Program-made: the position numbers and the translations under genes
Source: Candidatus Nomurabacteria bacterium GW2011_GWE2_34_25
Lineage (GTDB): Bacteria; Patescibacteriota; Minisyncoccia; Phycocordibacterales; UBA9973
Assembly (NCBI GenBank): GCA_000990325.1
Contig: LBPS01000009.1
Location: 1 to 54,608 of the forward strand
Direction: 5' to 3'
DNA length: 54,608 nucleotides
Shown: positions 38,876 through 47,724 of the stretch, one piece after another
How the letters are laid out: each line of letters opens with the position of its first letter
Position numbering within the stretch: the first letter of the stretch is position 1
The notes under the pieces: generated by a model
Databases searched by the model: none
What the model saw: only the letters and a program-made list of their open reading frames with translations
What the model was told of the DNA's origin: nothing

Positions 38876-39754
38876 TTATGACGGCATATTAGATATTATT
38901 TTTTGCTCCTCTTTTGTTAGTGAATTATAAATATCTACAGCTGATTGATCAATAACATTAACGATATTTCCGTCAATTAATACCTCCGTATAAAAATTCC
39001 AATTATTAGGATTATCGATATTCTCCAATTGATTATTATTTATTAGATATTTTAGTAATTGCATTCTGGTTTGTTTTAAATATGTGATTCCTGGATCTAT
39101 TTTTTGTACATAAGGAGATTTTTCTAAATGACCATAAACTTTTGAAAATTTAATATTATATTGCTTCATCAAAACTGCGGTCAATTTGATCAATGTTTTT
39201 GTCTGAGAGGCAAGGGGAGGCTTTGTATCATATTGTGTCCCTGTGGTTTCTATCTGTATTCCACCTAGGCTTGTGGATTCATGTATATCTTCAATTTTTA
39301 AATCACCAGTAAGTCTCCCTTGAGTTATCATTGTTTTTGATAATGGAAGCATTTGAAGGATGACATTGGGACCTACTGTAAAGTTGGTAGCAACCCTCTG
39401 GCCATTTTCTGTTCTATTTTTCAATATATTGTAAGTAGTATTTACTCTTTTTATACCTTCACTTATGTTTTTCGGATTTGATCCTGCATCCCAATGCCAC
39501 CAGATAGATATAGGTTTTACAGAATAAACTTTTTTATTATATAAAAAACTTTTATTTGGTAAATATTTTGTTAGATAATTTATTCCAAGTATATACATCT
39601 CTTTTTTAAACGTAATGCGGTCTTTTTGTGAGATCGCACCTTCTTTTATTATAGGTGTGTTTATCTGAGCATTAATATAACTGATTGGAAGTAGAAAACA
39701 AATTAGTATTACAAAAATACTAATTTTATAATATTTTAAGAATTTATAAAGCAT
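38876..39754 (-). CDS. Putative secreted N-acetylmuramoyl-L-alanine amidase (Amidase_2-like)
   Basis: N-terminal hydrophobic signal; WWHWD, GIQIE, YGHLE, IDPG match the amidase_2 Zn-ligand order. Confidence 0.6.
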   Translation of the reverse strand: MLYKFLKYYKISIFVILICFLLPISYINAQINTPIIKEGAISQKDRITFKKEMYILGINYLTKYLPNKSFLYNKKVYSVKPISIWWHWDAGSNPKNISEGIKRVNTTYNILKNRTENGQRVATNFTVGPNVILQMLPLSKTMITQGRLTGDLKIEDIHESTSLGGIQIETTGTQYDTKPPLASQTKTLIKLTAVLMKQYNIKFSKVYGHLEKSPYVQKIDPGITYLKQTRMQLLKYLINNNQLENIDNPNNWNFYTEVLIDGNIVNVIDQSAVDIYNSLTKEEQKIISNMPS

Positions 39755-39761
39755 TGATTTT

Positions 39762-40775
39762 TTAAATAATTTCTTTTCTATAAATAGCTACTAAGCTATA
39801 AAGTAAACTTAAAACAAGTGGCCCGATTATGATACCAATCGGTCCCATTAGAGATATTCCACCCAATATTGAGAATAATATAAAGATAGAAGGCACTTCT
39901 GTATTTTTTGAGATAATATACGGAGAGAGAATGTTATCTATGGTTCCAACGAGAATCATAGCCCAGAGGAGAAGTCCAAGAGCTTGTAATTGCATTCCTG
40001 TGAAAAGAAGGAAGAGGATTGATGGTACAAAGACGATAGAAGTTCCAAGAGTTGGAACAAATGATGCCATTCCTGCCACTACTCCCCAAAGGGCAGGGTT
40101 AGGAACACCAAAAATCCAAAGTCCAATCCAAGAGAGAATCCCTTGGACAATTGCAATGAAGAAAGATCCTTTTATTATTCTGTTTACAGAATCTTTTAAA
40201 CTAGAAAGTACCTCATTAATATTTTTTTCTGATAAAGGCAAGATTTTTACCAAACCTTCTCTCCATTTCTCTCCATCTTTCAGTAGATAAAACATTGTGA
40301 AAATTGTAAGGAGTGCCATTAGAATTGTATTAAATGTAGAAGTGAAGAAGTTTCCAATATTATTTGAGAGGAAAGAGGTGAGGCTTACAACCTTTTCATG
40401 GGTGTCAAAAGTAAATCCGTTAGGCATTAGATTATTGATAGATGTGTCAATTTTCTGGATGAAGATACTAGTGTCACCATTTGAAGTGATAAATTGATAA
40501 GCATTTTGGGCTTGATTAAAGATAACCGTCCCCATAAAAAATAGGGGAACACATAAAATCAAGAGGAAAAGAATTATTGTTATAAATGAAGCCAAGCCTT
40601 CTTTTTTCTTTGTAATATGTTTTCTAATCCATAAATAAACAGGATTGATAACGACAGCAAAAGCTGCAGCCAAGATAAAGATAGCTAGAAAGGGGTAGAG
40701 GATTGCTAATGTCAAAGCCAGCACGATTGCTAAAAGCCCAAATAAAAAATATTTTTCAGTTTTAGATGTTTCCAT
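39762..40775 (-). CDS. AI-2E family transporter
   Basis: FYLLKDG, AIVQG, SFVPTLGT, DNILSP, GIIIGP. Confidence 0.9.
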   Translation of the reverse strand: METSKTEKYFLFGLLAIVLALTLAILYPFLAIFILAAAFAVVINPVYLWIRKHITKKKEGLASFITIILFLLILCVPLFFMGTVIFNQAQNAYQFITSNGDTSIFIQKIDTSINNLMPNGFTFDTHEKVVSLTSFLSNNIGNFFTSTFNTILMALLTIFTMFYLLKDGEKWREGLVKILPLSEKNINEVLSSLKDSVNRIIKGSFFIAIVQGILSWIGLWIFGVPNPALWGVVAGMASFVPTLGTSIVFVPSILFLLFTGMQLQALGLLLWAMILVGTIDNILSPYIISKNTEVPSIFILFSILGGISLMGPIGIIIGPLVLSLLYSLVAIYRKEII

Positions 40776-40946
40776 AGATTTATTATAACAAGATTTAACC
40801 AAGGAGGCTAGGATACAAAAAAAGGGGGTTAATTTCTTAATACTAGAGAGATCTAAAAGATTGACTTATTGCGTGTTTTATTTTAATGTATATATAAATT
40901 CTTTTTAGTTAATTTATAGTTTTTTAAATCTAAATCTTGTAATGTT

Positions 40947-41897
40947 ATGACGAAGAAAAGAGTATTAACAGAAACCAATTTCAAATTTCCTGACCAGACC
41001 CATGTTTATCGTGGAAAGGTAAGAGATGTTTACTTTTTTAATGATGAAACTATGGCAATGGTTGTAACCGACCGTATCTCAGCTTTCGATGTAGTGTTGC
41101 CCAAGGGGATTCCATACAAAGGACAAATACTTAATCAGATAGCTTCCAGATTTTTGGAAGCAACTGAAGACATAGTTCTTAACTGGAAGATCTCCACCCC
41201 TGATCCAAATGTTACATATGGTCACCGTTGCGAGCCGTTCAAAGTTGAAATGGTAATCCGTGGTTATCTCACAGGTCATGCTTGGCGTGAGTACAAAGCT
41301 GGGAAAAGAATGCTCTGCGGAGTTGTTCTACCTGAAGGAATGGTTGAAAATCAGAAATTTCCTGAGCCAATTATTACACCAACCACCAAGGCCTTAGTTG
41401 GTCACGATGAAGACATTTCAAGAGCAGAGATTATTTCTAAGGGACTTGTTTCTGAAAAAGATTACATTCTCTTGGAGAAATACACCCGTGAACTTTTCCA
41501 GCGTGGAACTGAAATGGCTGCCGAAAAAGGTTTAATTTTAGTTGATACCAAATATGAATTTGGGAAGAAAGATGGCCAAATCTATTTGATTGACGAAGTT
41601 CACACACCCGATTCATCACGGTATTTTTATACTGAAGGCTACGAAGAACGTCTTGCTAAAGGTGAAAGCCAAAAGCAACTTTCGAAAGAATTTGTTCGTC
41701 AGTGGCTCCTCGAAAACGGCTTCCAGGGCGAAGCAGGACAAGTTGCTCCCAAGATGACAAAGGATTTGATTGATTCATTTTCTGCCCGTTACATTGAATT
41801 ATACGAAGCTGTCATGGGTGAACCTTTTTCGAAAGGTAGCACGAAGAACATTTCACAGCGGGTTAAGAATAACCTGGATTATTTTTTGGTTAATTGA
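40947..41897 (+). CDS. purC: SAICAR synthetase (long type)
   Basis: [41 protein letters not shown]. Confidence 0.95.
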   Translation: MTKKRVLTETNFKFPDQTHVYRGKVRDVYFFNDETMAMVVTDRISAFDVVLPKGIPYKGQILNQIASRFLEATEDIVLNWKISTPDPNVTYGHRCEPFKVEMVIRGYLTGHAWREYKAGKRMLCGVVLPEGMVENQKFPEPIITPTTKALVGHDEDISRAEIISKGLVSEKDYILLEKYTRELFQRGTEMAAEKGLILVDTKYEFGKKDGQIYLIDEVHTPDSSRYFYTEGYEERLAKGESQKQLSKEFVRQWLLENGFQGEAGQVAPKMTKDLIDSFSARYIELYEAVMGEPFSKGSTKNISQRVKNNLDYFLVN

Positions 41898-41919
41898 AGA
41901 AAATCAAAATTAGAATTAC

Positions 41920-41949
41920 AAAGAAGGCTGAAAATTTTCAGCCTTCTTT
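41920..41949 (+). terminator. Terminator after purC
   Basis: AAAGAAGGCTGAAA/TTTCAGCCTTCTTT followed by a T-run. Confidence 0.8.
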
Positions 41950-41969
41950 TTTTTGTTTCAAAAACCCTA

Positions 41970-42140
41970 GCTGGGAGATATGGACCGGCAGTAGCCTTAT
42001 CGAACCTTACAGGTTCAGTACACCTTTTCCGTTCGTAAACTCACACGGAAAAGGTTTTCGATTCCCTAACGCGAGTAAAGAAGTTTACTCGCTTCTCCCA
42101 GCAAAAGAAAACCATACTTTAAAAGTGGGTTTTCTAATTT
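41970..42140. repeat. tRNA-Gln 3'-associated element with direct and inverted interrupted copies of the tRNA 3' end
   Basis: GCTGGGAGATA..ATCGAACC (41970-42006); TTCGATTCCCTA..TCTCCCAGCAAA (42057-42105). Confidence 0.8.
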
Positions 42141-42141
42141 G

Positions 42142-42212
42142 CTGGGAGATAGGGAATCGAACCCCAATTAAAGGCTTCAAAGGCCTCTGTCCTACCGTTA
42201 GACGATCTCCCA
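42142..42212 (-). tRNA. tRNA-Gln (TTG), CCA not encoded
   Basis: Reverse complement TGGGAGA..GAGGC-CTTTGAA-GCCTT..GTTCGAT..TCTCCCA-G. Confidence 0.95.
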
Positions 42213-42284
42213 ATATAAAACAATATTAAGAATACCCTAAAAACAGTTATTTTTCAACTATGTAAATTGTGATAGAATTAATCT

Positions 42285-42536
42285 ATGTATTTCACTTATA
42301 TACTCCTATGTGCGGACAAGACTCTATATGTGGGTTCTACGAACGATTTAGAGAAGAGATTACACAAACACAATCACTTGAAATCAGGAGCGCATTATAC
42401 AAAAATTCGCAGACCTGTTGAGTTAAAATATTTTGAAAGATTCAGGATGTATGGTAAGTCACGAGCTAGGGAGGGAGAACTTAAAAAACTCACTCGAAAT
42501 CAAAAACTAGAATTAATTAAAAATTTCACAATATAA
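42285..42536 (+). CDS. Small GIY-YIG nuclease (UPF0213/YhbQ-like)
   Basis: YFTYILLCADKTLYVGSTNDLEKRL..H..GAHYT..RRPV..RE..LK. Confidence 0.9.
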   Translation: MYFTYILLCADKTLYVGSTNDLEKRLHKHNHLKSGAHYTKIRRPVELKYFERFRMYGKSRAREGELKKLTRNQKLELIKNFTI

Positions 42537-42606
42537 TTAGTAAATATCAAGTATCTGTAGTATACTTCTAGAGTCGTTTAGTATGAATTAATTTTATAGA
42601 ATATAT

Positions 42607-42714
42607 ATGGATGAAGAAGAAACAAAGGTAAAGGTAGAAGGAGAAGAAGTTGTTGTTCCTGAAGAAGAAACTGTAGAAGTTCCTGCAACAGAAGAGGCTA
42701 CTCCTGTTGAATAA
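42607..42714 (+). CDS. Small acidic protein, 35 aa (not in ORF track)
   Basis: MDEEETKVKVEGEEVVVPEEETVEVPATEEATPVE*, followed by a hairpin terminator at ~42724-42767. Confidence 0.6.
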   Translation: MDEEETKVKVEGEEVVVPEEETVEVPATEEATPVE

Positions 42715-42852
42715 TAATATTCACAAACAAAAAACTCATTAATTTATATTAATGAGTTTTTTGTTTGGGTTGCTATTTAGTCTTAAAAGTGCTATAATTA
42801 CAGAATAATAGTAACAACTTGTCTAGTTAAGCTAGGTAAATATAAATAATTT

Positions 42853-43422
42853 ATGGGAAATTTTAATGATAGAGGTGGTAATAGAGGTGGCGGTGGAGGA
42901 GGTTTTAGAGGCGGAAATGGAGGCGGAGGACGTCCAAGTTTCGGTGGTGGTCGTCGAGATGATCGAGGTCCTGTGACAATGCACAAGGCTGTTTGCGATG
43001 AATGTCACAAGAGTTGTGAGGTTCCTTTCCGTCCATCACAAGATAAGCCAATATATTGTAATGATTGTTTTAGTAGCAAGAGAGATGATGGTGATCGTGC
43101 TCCACGCCGTGAATTCAGTAATGATCGTGGACCAAAGAGAGACTTCAACGATAGACCAGCTCCAACATTTGCAAAGCCAGCAGTAGCAGGGAATGACATG
43201 AGTAAACAATTGAGTGAAATGAATAGTAAGCTTGATCGTCTTATAAATGCAATAGAAAAGATGTCAGGTCCAAAAGTAGTAGCTCCTGTTGTTACTTCAA
43301 GGCCTGCCCTAAAAGTTGCTCCAGTAGTAGCTAAGAAAATTGAAGTTAAAAAAGTTGTAGCTAAAGCTCCAGTTAAAAAGGTTGCTGCTAAAAAAGTAGT
43401 AGGAAAGAAAAAGACTAAATAA
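42853..43422 (+). CDS. CxxC-x17-CxxC domain protein with RGG-rich N-terminus and Lys/Ala-rich tail
   Basis: AVCDECHKSCEVPFRPSQDKPIYCNDCF. Confidence 0.85.
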   Translation: MGNFNDRGGNRGGGGGGFRGGNGGGGRPSFGGGRRDDRGPVTMHKAVCDECHKSCEVPFRPSQDKPIYCNDCFSSKRDDGDRAPRREFSNDRGPKRDFNDRPAPTFAKPAVAGNDMSKQLSEMNSKLDRLINAIEKMSGPKVVAPVVTSRPALKVAPVVAKKIEVKKVVAKAPVKKVAAKKVVGKKKTK

Positions 43423-43429
43423 ACATAAA

Positions 43430-43468
43430 AAAAGAGGCTCCTTTGTATGGTACAAAGGGGCCTCTTTT
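43430..43468. terminator. Bidirectional terminator hairpin
   Basis: AAAAGAGGCTCCTTTGTA-TGG-TACAAAGGGGCCTCTTTT. Confidence 0.75.
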
Positions 43469-43492
43469 GGGGATGATATCGTTATTATATTA

Positions 43493-43636
43493 CTACGGAA
43501 CTAACAATATCATCATAAGGGTTAAAATTGCAATAATTATAGTTATTGCTCGAAAAGAATTCCAGTCAATAAGACTAAGAATTCTTAATAAAATTTTTTG
43601 TCCCATGGCAGTAAGTTTTAGATTGTTTGAATTCAT
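43493..43636 (-). CDS. Putative small membrane protein, 47 aa (not in ORF track)
   Basis: MNSNNLKLTAMGQKILLRILSLIDWNSFRAITIIIAILTLMMILLVP*; TTGATT-17-TATAAT upstream on the minus strand. Confidence 0.45.
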   Translation of the reverse strand: MNSNNLKLTAMGQKILLRILSLIDWNSFRAITIIIAILTLMMILLVP

Positions 43637-43712
43637 ATAAATTATATTCTCACTTTTTCCTATAATCAATCTTTATTTTGATGAGAATGTGTGTTGTGGT
43701 AATATTAGTTAT

Positions 43713-43985
43713 ATGAACAAAGAACAATTGGATCCATTGAAAAAAGTTGAAGAGCTAACGTCTAAAGCCAATGAAGTATTTGGTAAAAGAGGGAAGTCAG
43801 TATTTGAGCGATACCCGCTAGCCTTCGCCTTGCTTGTCATCGTAGGAGCTACTCTAATGAGTCAGGGTATAAAAGAGTTAATTTTTAAAGTTTCTTTTCT
43901 AAAACAACAACCATTAATAATGTTTTTGCTTGGGATATTAATTCTTGTTATCACAGGAACATTATATAAGAAGTTAGATAAATAA
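43713..43985 (+). CDS. Small two-TM hypothetical membrane protein
   Basis: SVFERYPLAFALL, two hydrophobic helices. Confidence 0.7.
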   Translation: MNKEQLDPLKKVEELTSKANEVFGKRGKSVFERYPLAFALLVIVGATLMSQGIKELIFKVSFLKQQPLIMFLLGILILVITGTLYKKLDK

Positions 43986-43986
43986 A

Positions 43987-45207
43987 ATGAATAAAATTAA
44001 ACTCTGGTATCTATATGATTTTGCTAACTCTTTTGCCTCGGTCGTTTTGCTTTTCTATTATCCACTTATACTTTCCGAAAGAGGAGCAAGTGATATTTGG
44101 ATAGGTGTTTCGGCTTCTATTTCTACTGCCGTTCTATTGATTATATTGCCTTATCTGGGTTCATTGTCTGACAAGATAGGAAAAAGAGTTTTGTTTATAA
44201 AGATTGGTTCTATGTTAATGGTTATATCCCTTATTTTGATATCTTTTATTATAAAAGGTAGTGATGTTTTTGATTTAAAAATTTTATTCATATTATCATT
44301 TTTGTATATTTTATTTCAAATTTGTTGGCAGGGTTCATATTCTATCTATACAGCTATGTTAAGGCAGATTAGTGACGAAACAAGTAGAGTTAAAATATCT
44401 GGTCAAGGATATGGTTTTGGTCAATTAGGTAACGCTCTAGCTATTGTAATAATAAGTGCAATAATAGGTACCTCTGTAGTATTTTTAGGTTTAAGTGGTA
44501 AAGTTTTAGCATTGTTTTTAGGTGCGTTATTCTTTTTACTGTTAACTAGTCTTTTCTTTTTTCAAAAAGAGTCTACTAAAAATGATTCAGTTAATCATTT
44601 TTCTTATAAGGAATTTTTCAAAAAGATAAAAAATAATAAAAGAGTGTTTTATTTCTTAATAGGTTATTCTTTGCTTGCTGATGCCTTACTTACTTTTCAA
44701 TTATACATAGCATTGTATGTGAGTAAGGTATTTGATTTTTCAGATAAAGGCGTTTCCTATGTTGCAGTCATAGGGCTTGTTTTTGCTATGATTGGGGGAT
44801 TTATAACTAGTATATTTGTAAAAAAATTAAAAAATAAAAACAGAGCTTTGATAGTAGCAGGGTTATCTTATGGAGTTAGTTTTGGCTTGTGTGCTTTAAT
44901 GCCAGTGGTATCTTCAGCTGTATTTATTGTGGTGGCCCTAAGTGGTCTTTTCTTTGGAATTCTATTTTCTTTATTCAGAGTAATTTATTCAGAAATATCA
45001 CCTATGGATTCTCAAGGCGAATTCTTCAGTATATTTACCGTATTTGAAAAAGCTGCTTCAGTTGTTGGTCCACTTGTTTGGTTGTTAACATTTTATTTAT
45101 TGAGAAGTTTTGGAGAAAGTATCCAGTATAGAGGCTCCGTTTTATTACTAATGATAATTTGTTTTATTGGAATTTATTATTTAAAGAAAAGTGAAAAGTT
45201 CTCTTAA
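43987..45207 (+). CDS. MFS transporter (ATG22/BtlA-like)
   Basis: WYLYDFANS, LGSLSDKIGKR, GEFFSIF..GP. Confidence 0.85.
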   Translation: MNKIKLWYLYDFANSFASVVLLFYYPLILSERGASDIWIGVSASISTAVLLIILPYLGSLSDKIGKRVLFIKIGSMLMVISLILISFIIKGSDVFDLKILFILSFLYILFQICWQGSYSIYTAMLRQISDETSRVKISGQGYGFGQLGNALAIVIISAIIGTSVVFLGLSGKVLALFLGALFFLLLTSLFFFQKESTKNDSVNHFSYKEFFKKIKNNKRVFYFLIGYSLLADALLTFQLYIALYVSKVFDFSDKGVSYVAVIGLVFAMIGGFITSIFVKKLKNKNRALIVAGLSYGVSFGLCALMPVVSSAVFIVVALSGLFFGILFSLFRVIYSEISPMDSQGEFFSIFTVFEKAASVVGPLVWLLTFYLLRSFGESIQYRGSVLLLMIICFIGIYYLKKSEKFS

Positions 45208-45233
45208 TTTTAGAATAATATATTATTATCTAT

Positions 45234-45644
45234 ATGGGTGAATTATTTAAAATATTTTTTGGTATTAAAAAAAGAAAAATATACAGAAAAGTAAAAACTA
45301 AGAGAAAAAATTTAAATTATTTGAAATACAAAGTACAAGCAGGCATTCTAGTGAAAGAAAGATTGGAATATTTTAACCAATTTTATAATTATAAGTGGGG
45401 AAGGGTTACAATCAGGAATCAAAAGACGCGGTGGGGGAGCTGTTCAAAACATGGGAATTTGAATTTCAATTACAAGATAGTATTACTTACTCCAAAACAA
45501 GCAGACTATATAATAGTCCACGAATTGTGTCATCTAAAAGAATTTAATCACTCACAAAGGTTTTGGGATTTGGTGGCAGTGACTGTGCCAGATTATAAAG
45601 AAGTTCGACACAGCTTACGAAAAAACGGTCTTCGACTTGGGTAA
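45234..45644 (+). CDS. YgjP/DUF45-like metalloprotein
   Basis: QKTRWGSCS, DYIIVHELCHL.E.NHS.RFW. Confidence 0.88.
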   Translation: MGELFKIFFGIKKRKIYRKVKTKRKNLNYLKYKVQAGILVKERLEYFNQFYNYKWGRVTIRNQKTRWGSCSKHGNLNFNYKIVLLTPKQADYIIVHELCHLKEFNHSQRFWDLVAVTVPDYKEVRHSLRKNGLRLG

Positions 45645-45653
45645 TTTTTAATC

Positions 45654-45680
45654 CCAGAAAGGGGTTTAACCCCTTTCTGG
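45654..45680. repeat. Perfect palindromic hairpin (REP-like or terminator)
   Basis: CCAGAAAGGGGT-TTA-ACCCCTTTCTGG. Confidence 0.6.
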
Positions 45681-45731
45681 AGGCATAGAACCTTTCTATT
45701 TAAGTAAAAATAAGGTAGAGTATGAATCTAT

Positions 45732-47204
45732 ATGGCTCACGGAGAAGTAGTAATACGTTTTGAAAAGGTTTCTTTTGAATACGGGCACAATAAACCGATA
45801 CTGGATGCGGTTGACTTTTCTGTGCGTCGGGGCATGAAAGTGACAATCATGGGTCAGAATGGCGCAGGTAAGAGTACCCTGTTCTCCCTTATAACAGGAG
45901 AAAGACAACCAGAAGATGGCCAAGTTCATTTAGCTCAGAGGACGACTATTGCACTTTCTCGCCAAGTTATTCCTCGTGATGAGCTTGATCTATCTGTACG
46001 TGAATTTTTCTTGAAATGTTTTACAAATAAAGTTTACGATATCGACCCTCGCATTGATGATGTACTTGAAATAGTAAATTTGAAAGGCCACGAGAAAGTT
46101 CATGAGAGAACTATCCGTTCTTTTTCGGGTGGTCAGCAAGCAAGACTTTTACTTGCCTCTGCTTTAATACAAGAACCAGATGTTTTACTTTTAGATGAGC
46201 CGACAAACAATCTTGATAAGGCGGGCATAGAGCATCTAACTGATTTCTTAGTTAAATACAAGAAGACGGTTATTGTTATTTCTCACGATGCTCACTTTCT
46301 GAATTCATTTACTGACGCGGTGCTTTACTTAGATGTATATACAAAGAAGATAGAACAATACGTAGGTAACTATACAGACGTAAGAGACCAAATCACAGCT
46401 CGGATGGAACGTGAGAATAGGAAGAACGCACTTCTTTCAAAAGAAATTCAAGCCAAGAAAGATCAGGCCAATGCCTTCGCTATGAAAGGGGGTAATCTCC
46501 GTGCTGTTGCTAAGCGTATGCGAGACCTCGCAGAGGAGCTTGAAGAAGAGAAGGTGGATGTAAGAAAAGAAGATAAGACTATCAGGAATTTCATAATTCC
46601 AACTCAAGATGATTATGTCGGGGATATTGTAACTTTTAGTTCAGTTCCAATATACAAGAATCACAAAATAAAAAATATAAAAGTAAATGTAAAACTTCGC
46701 AAGAACAAGCATTTACTCCTTTCTGGTCCAAATGGTATTGGCAAGAGTACATTGCTTGAGTCTATAGTGAAAGGGAAAGTGGAAGGAATTTTCATTTCTC
46801 CCCTAGTTAGGGTTGGTTATTATCGGCAAGATTTCTCAACTCTAAATTTTAGTGATACTGTCTATGAATCCTTAGCAGAAACAATGAGAGAGGTAAGTGG
46901 TAAGGTTCACGAAGAAAGTATTCGTGCGACAGCTGCCAGCTTCCTTATTACTGGTGATATGGTTTATACACAAATCGGAAGTTTGTCTGAAGGACAGAAA
47001 GGCTTAGTGGCTTTTGCCAAACTTGTACTGACTCGTCCAGGGCTTCTGATACTCGATGAACCGACTAACCATATCAACTTCCGTCACCTACCTGTGATAG
47101 CTAAAGCCCTCAGTGATTACAAGGGAGCCATGATCCTAGTCTCTCACGTGCCAGACTTTGTAGAGAAGATACGTATTGATGAAATCCTTGATTTAGATAA
47201 ATAA
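45732..47204 (+). CDS. ABC-F family ATPase
   Basis: Two ABC domains (GQNGAGKS, GPNGIGKS; LLLDEPTNN, LILDEPTNH), no TM segments. Confidence 0.92.
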   Translation: MAHGEVVIRFEKVSFEYGHNKPILDAVDFSVRRGMKVTIMGQNGAGKSTLFSLITGERQPEDGQVHLAQRTTIALSRQVIPRDELDLSVREFFLKCFTNKVYDIDPRIDDVLEIVNLKGHEKVHERTIRSFSGGQQARLLLASALIQEPDVLLLDEPTNNLDKAGIEHLTDFLVKYKKTVIVISHDAHFLNSFTDAVLYLDVYTKKIEQYVGNYTDVRDQITARMERENRKNALLSKEIQAKKDQANAFAMKGGNLRAVAKRMRDLAEELEEEKVDVRKEDKTIRNFIIPTQDDYVGDIVTFSSVPIYKNHKIKNIKVNVKLRKNKHLLLSGPNGIGKSTLLESIVKGKVEGIFISPLVRVGYYRQDFSTLNFSDTVYESLAETMREVSGKVHEESIRATAASFLITGDMVYTQIGSLSEGQKGLVAFAKLVLTRPGLLILDEPTNHINFRHLPVIAKALSDYKGAMILVSHVPDFVEKIRIDEILDLDK

Positions 47205-47250
47205 CCGAGAAATAGTTATATTTATCAGATTATTTTTACTATTTTTAGCA

Positions 47251-47280
47251 TTGACAAAAGTATACAAAAGATAGTATAAT
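47251..47280 (+). promoter_or_regulatory. Consensus sigma70 promoter
   Basis: TTGACA-18 nt-TATAAT, 9 nt before the ATG at 47290. Confidence 0.65.
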
Positions 47281-47289
47281 AAAGTCGTT

Positions 47290-47673
47290 ATGAAAAAAAC
47301 TCTAATTACATTTTCAGTATTTATTTTATTTATAAGTTTTGGTTTTTTGGCTGCTCCGGCCTATTCGGAAGCATATTTAATTGGTTTTTATCCAGGGCAT
47401 TATCCTTCATACGGCTATGGTAATTATGGTGAATATAATAATTATTATGGTAATGACGGTTACTATAGTAAACATGGATATTATGGAGGGTATGGTAGTT
47501 ATGGAAGTGGCTCATACTATGGAGGGTATGGTAGTAATTATGATAGATATGGTGGTAGCTCATATTATGGAGGGTATGGTAGTTATGGAAGTGGCTCATA
47601 CTATGGAGGGTATGGCAATTATTATCCATCATACAGTTATTATGGGTGTTCATACTATTGTAGTTATTATTAA
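47290..47673 (+). CDS. Secreted Gly/Tyr-rich repeat protein
   Basis: Signal peptide ending SEA; YYGGYG repeats; 54-bp exact repeat 47478-47531/47562-47615. Confidence 0.75.
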   Translation: MKKTLITFSVFILFISFGFLAAPAYSEAYLIGFYPGHYPSYGYGNYGEYNNYYGNDGYYSKHGYYGGYGSYGSGSYYGGYGSNYDRYGGSSYYGGYGSYGSGSYYGGYGNYYPSYSYYGCSYYCSYY

Positions 47674-47681
47674 AAAATTGA

Positions 47682-47722
47682 AAATAAAAATTCCCCGACA
47701 TAAAATCGGGGAATTTTTATTT
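47682..47722. terminator. Bidirectional terminator
   Basis: AAATAAAAATTCCCCGA...TCGGGGAATTTTTATTT. Confidence 0.8.
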
Positions 47723-47724
47723 AT

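Noticed and set aside
41894-42229. 111-aa ORF, and similarly ORFs 53631-53963, 17008-17205 and 3369-3584
   Set aside because: They overlap tRNAs or repeat elements or lie antisense to ssb, with no protein-like features.
42285-42536. GIY-YIG protein as the mobiliser of the tRNA elements
   Set aside because: Looks like the widespread stand-alone UPF0213 type; adjacency to tRNA-Gln alone is insufficient.
47478-47615. Direct repeats as a possible CRISPR array
   Set aside because: Only two long copies, in frame within a Gly/Tyr-rich CDS; no unique spacers or cas genes.
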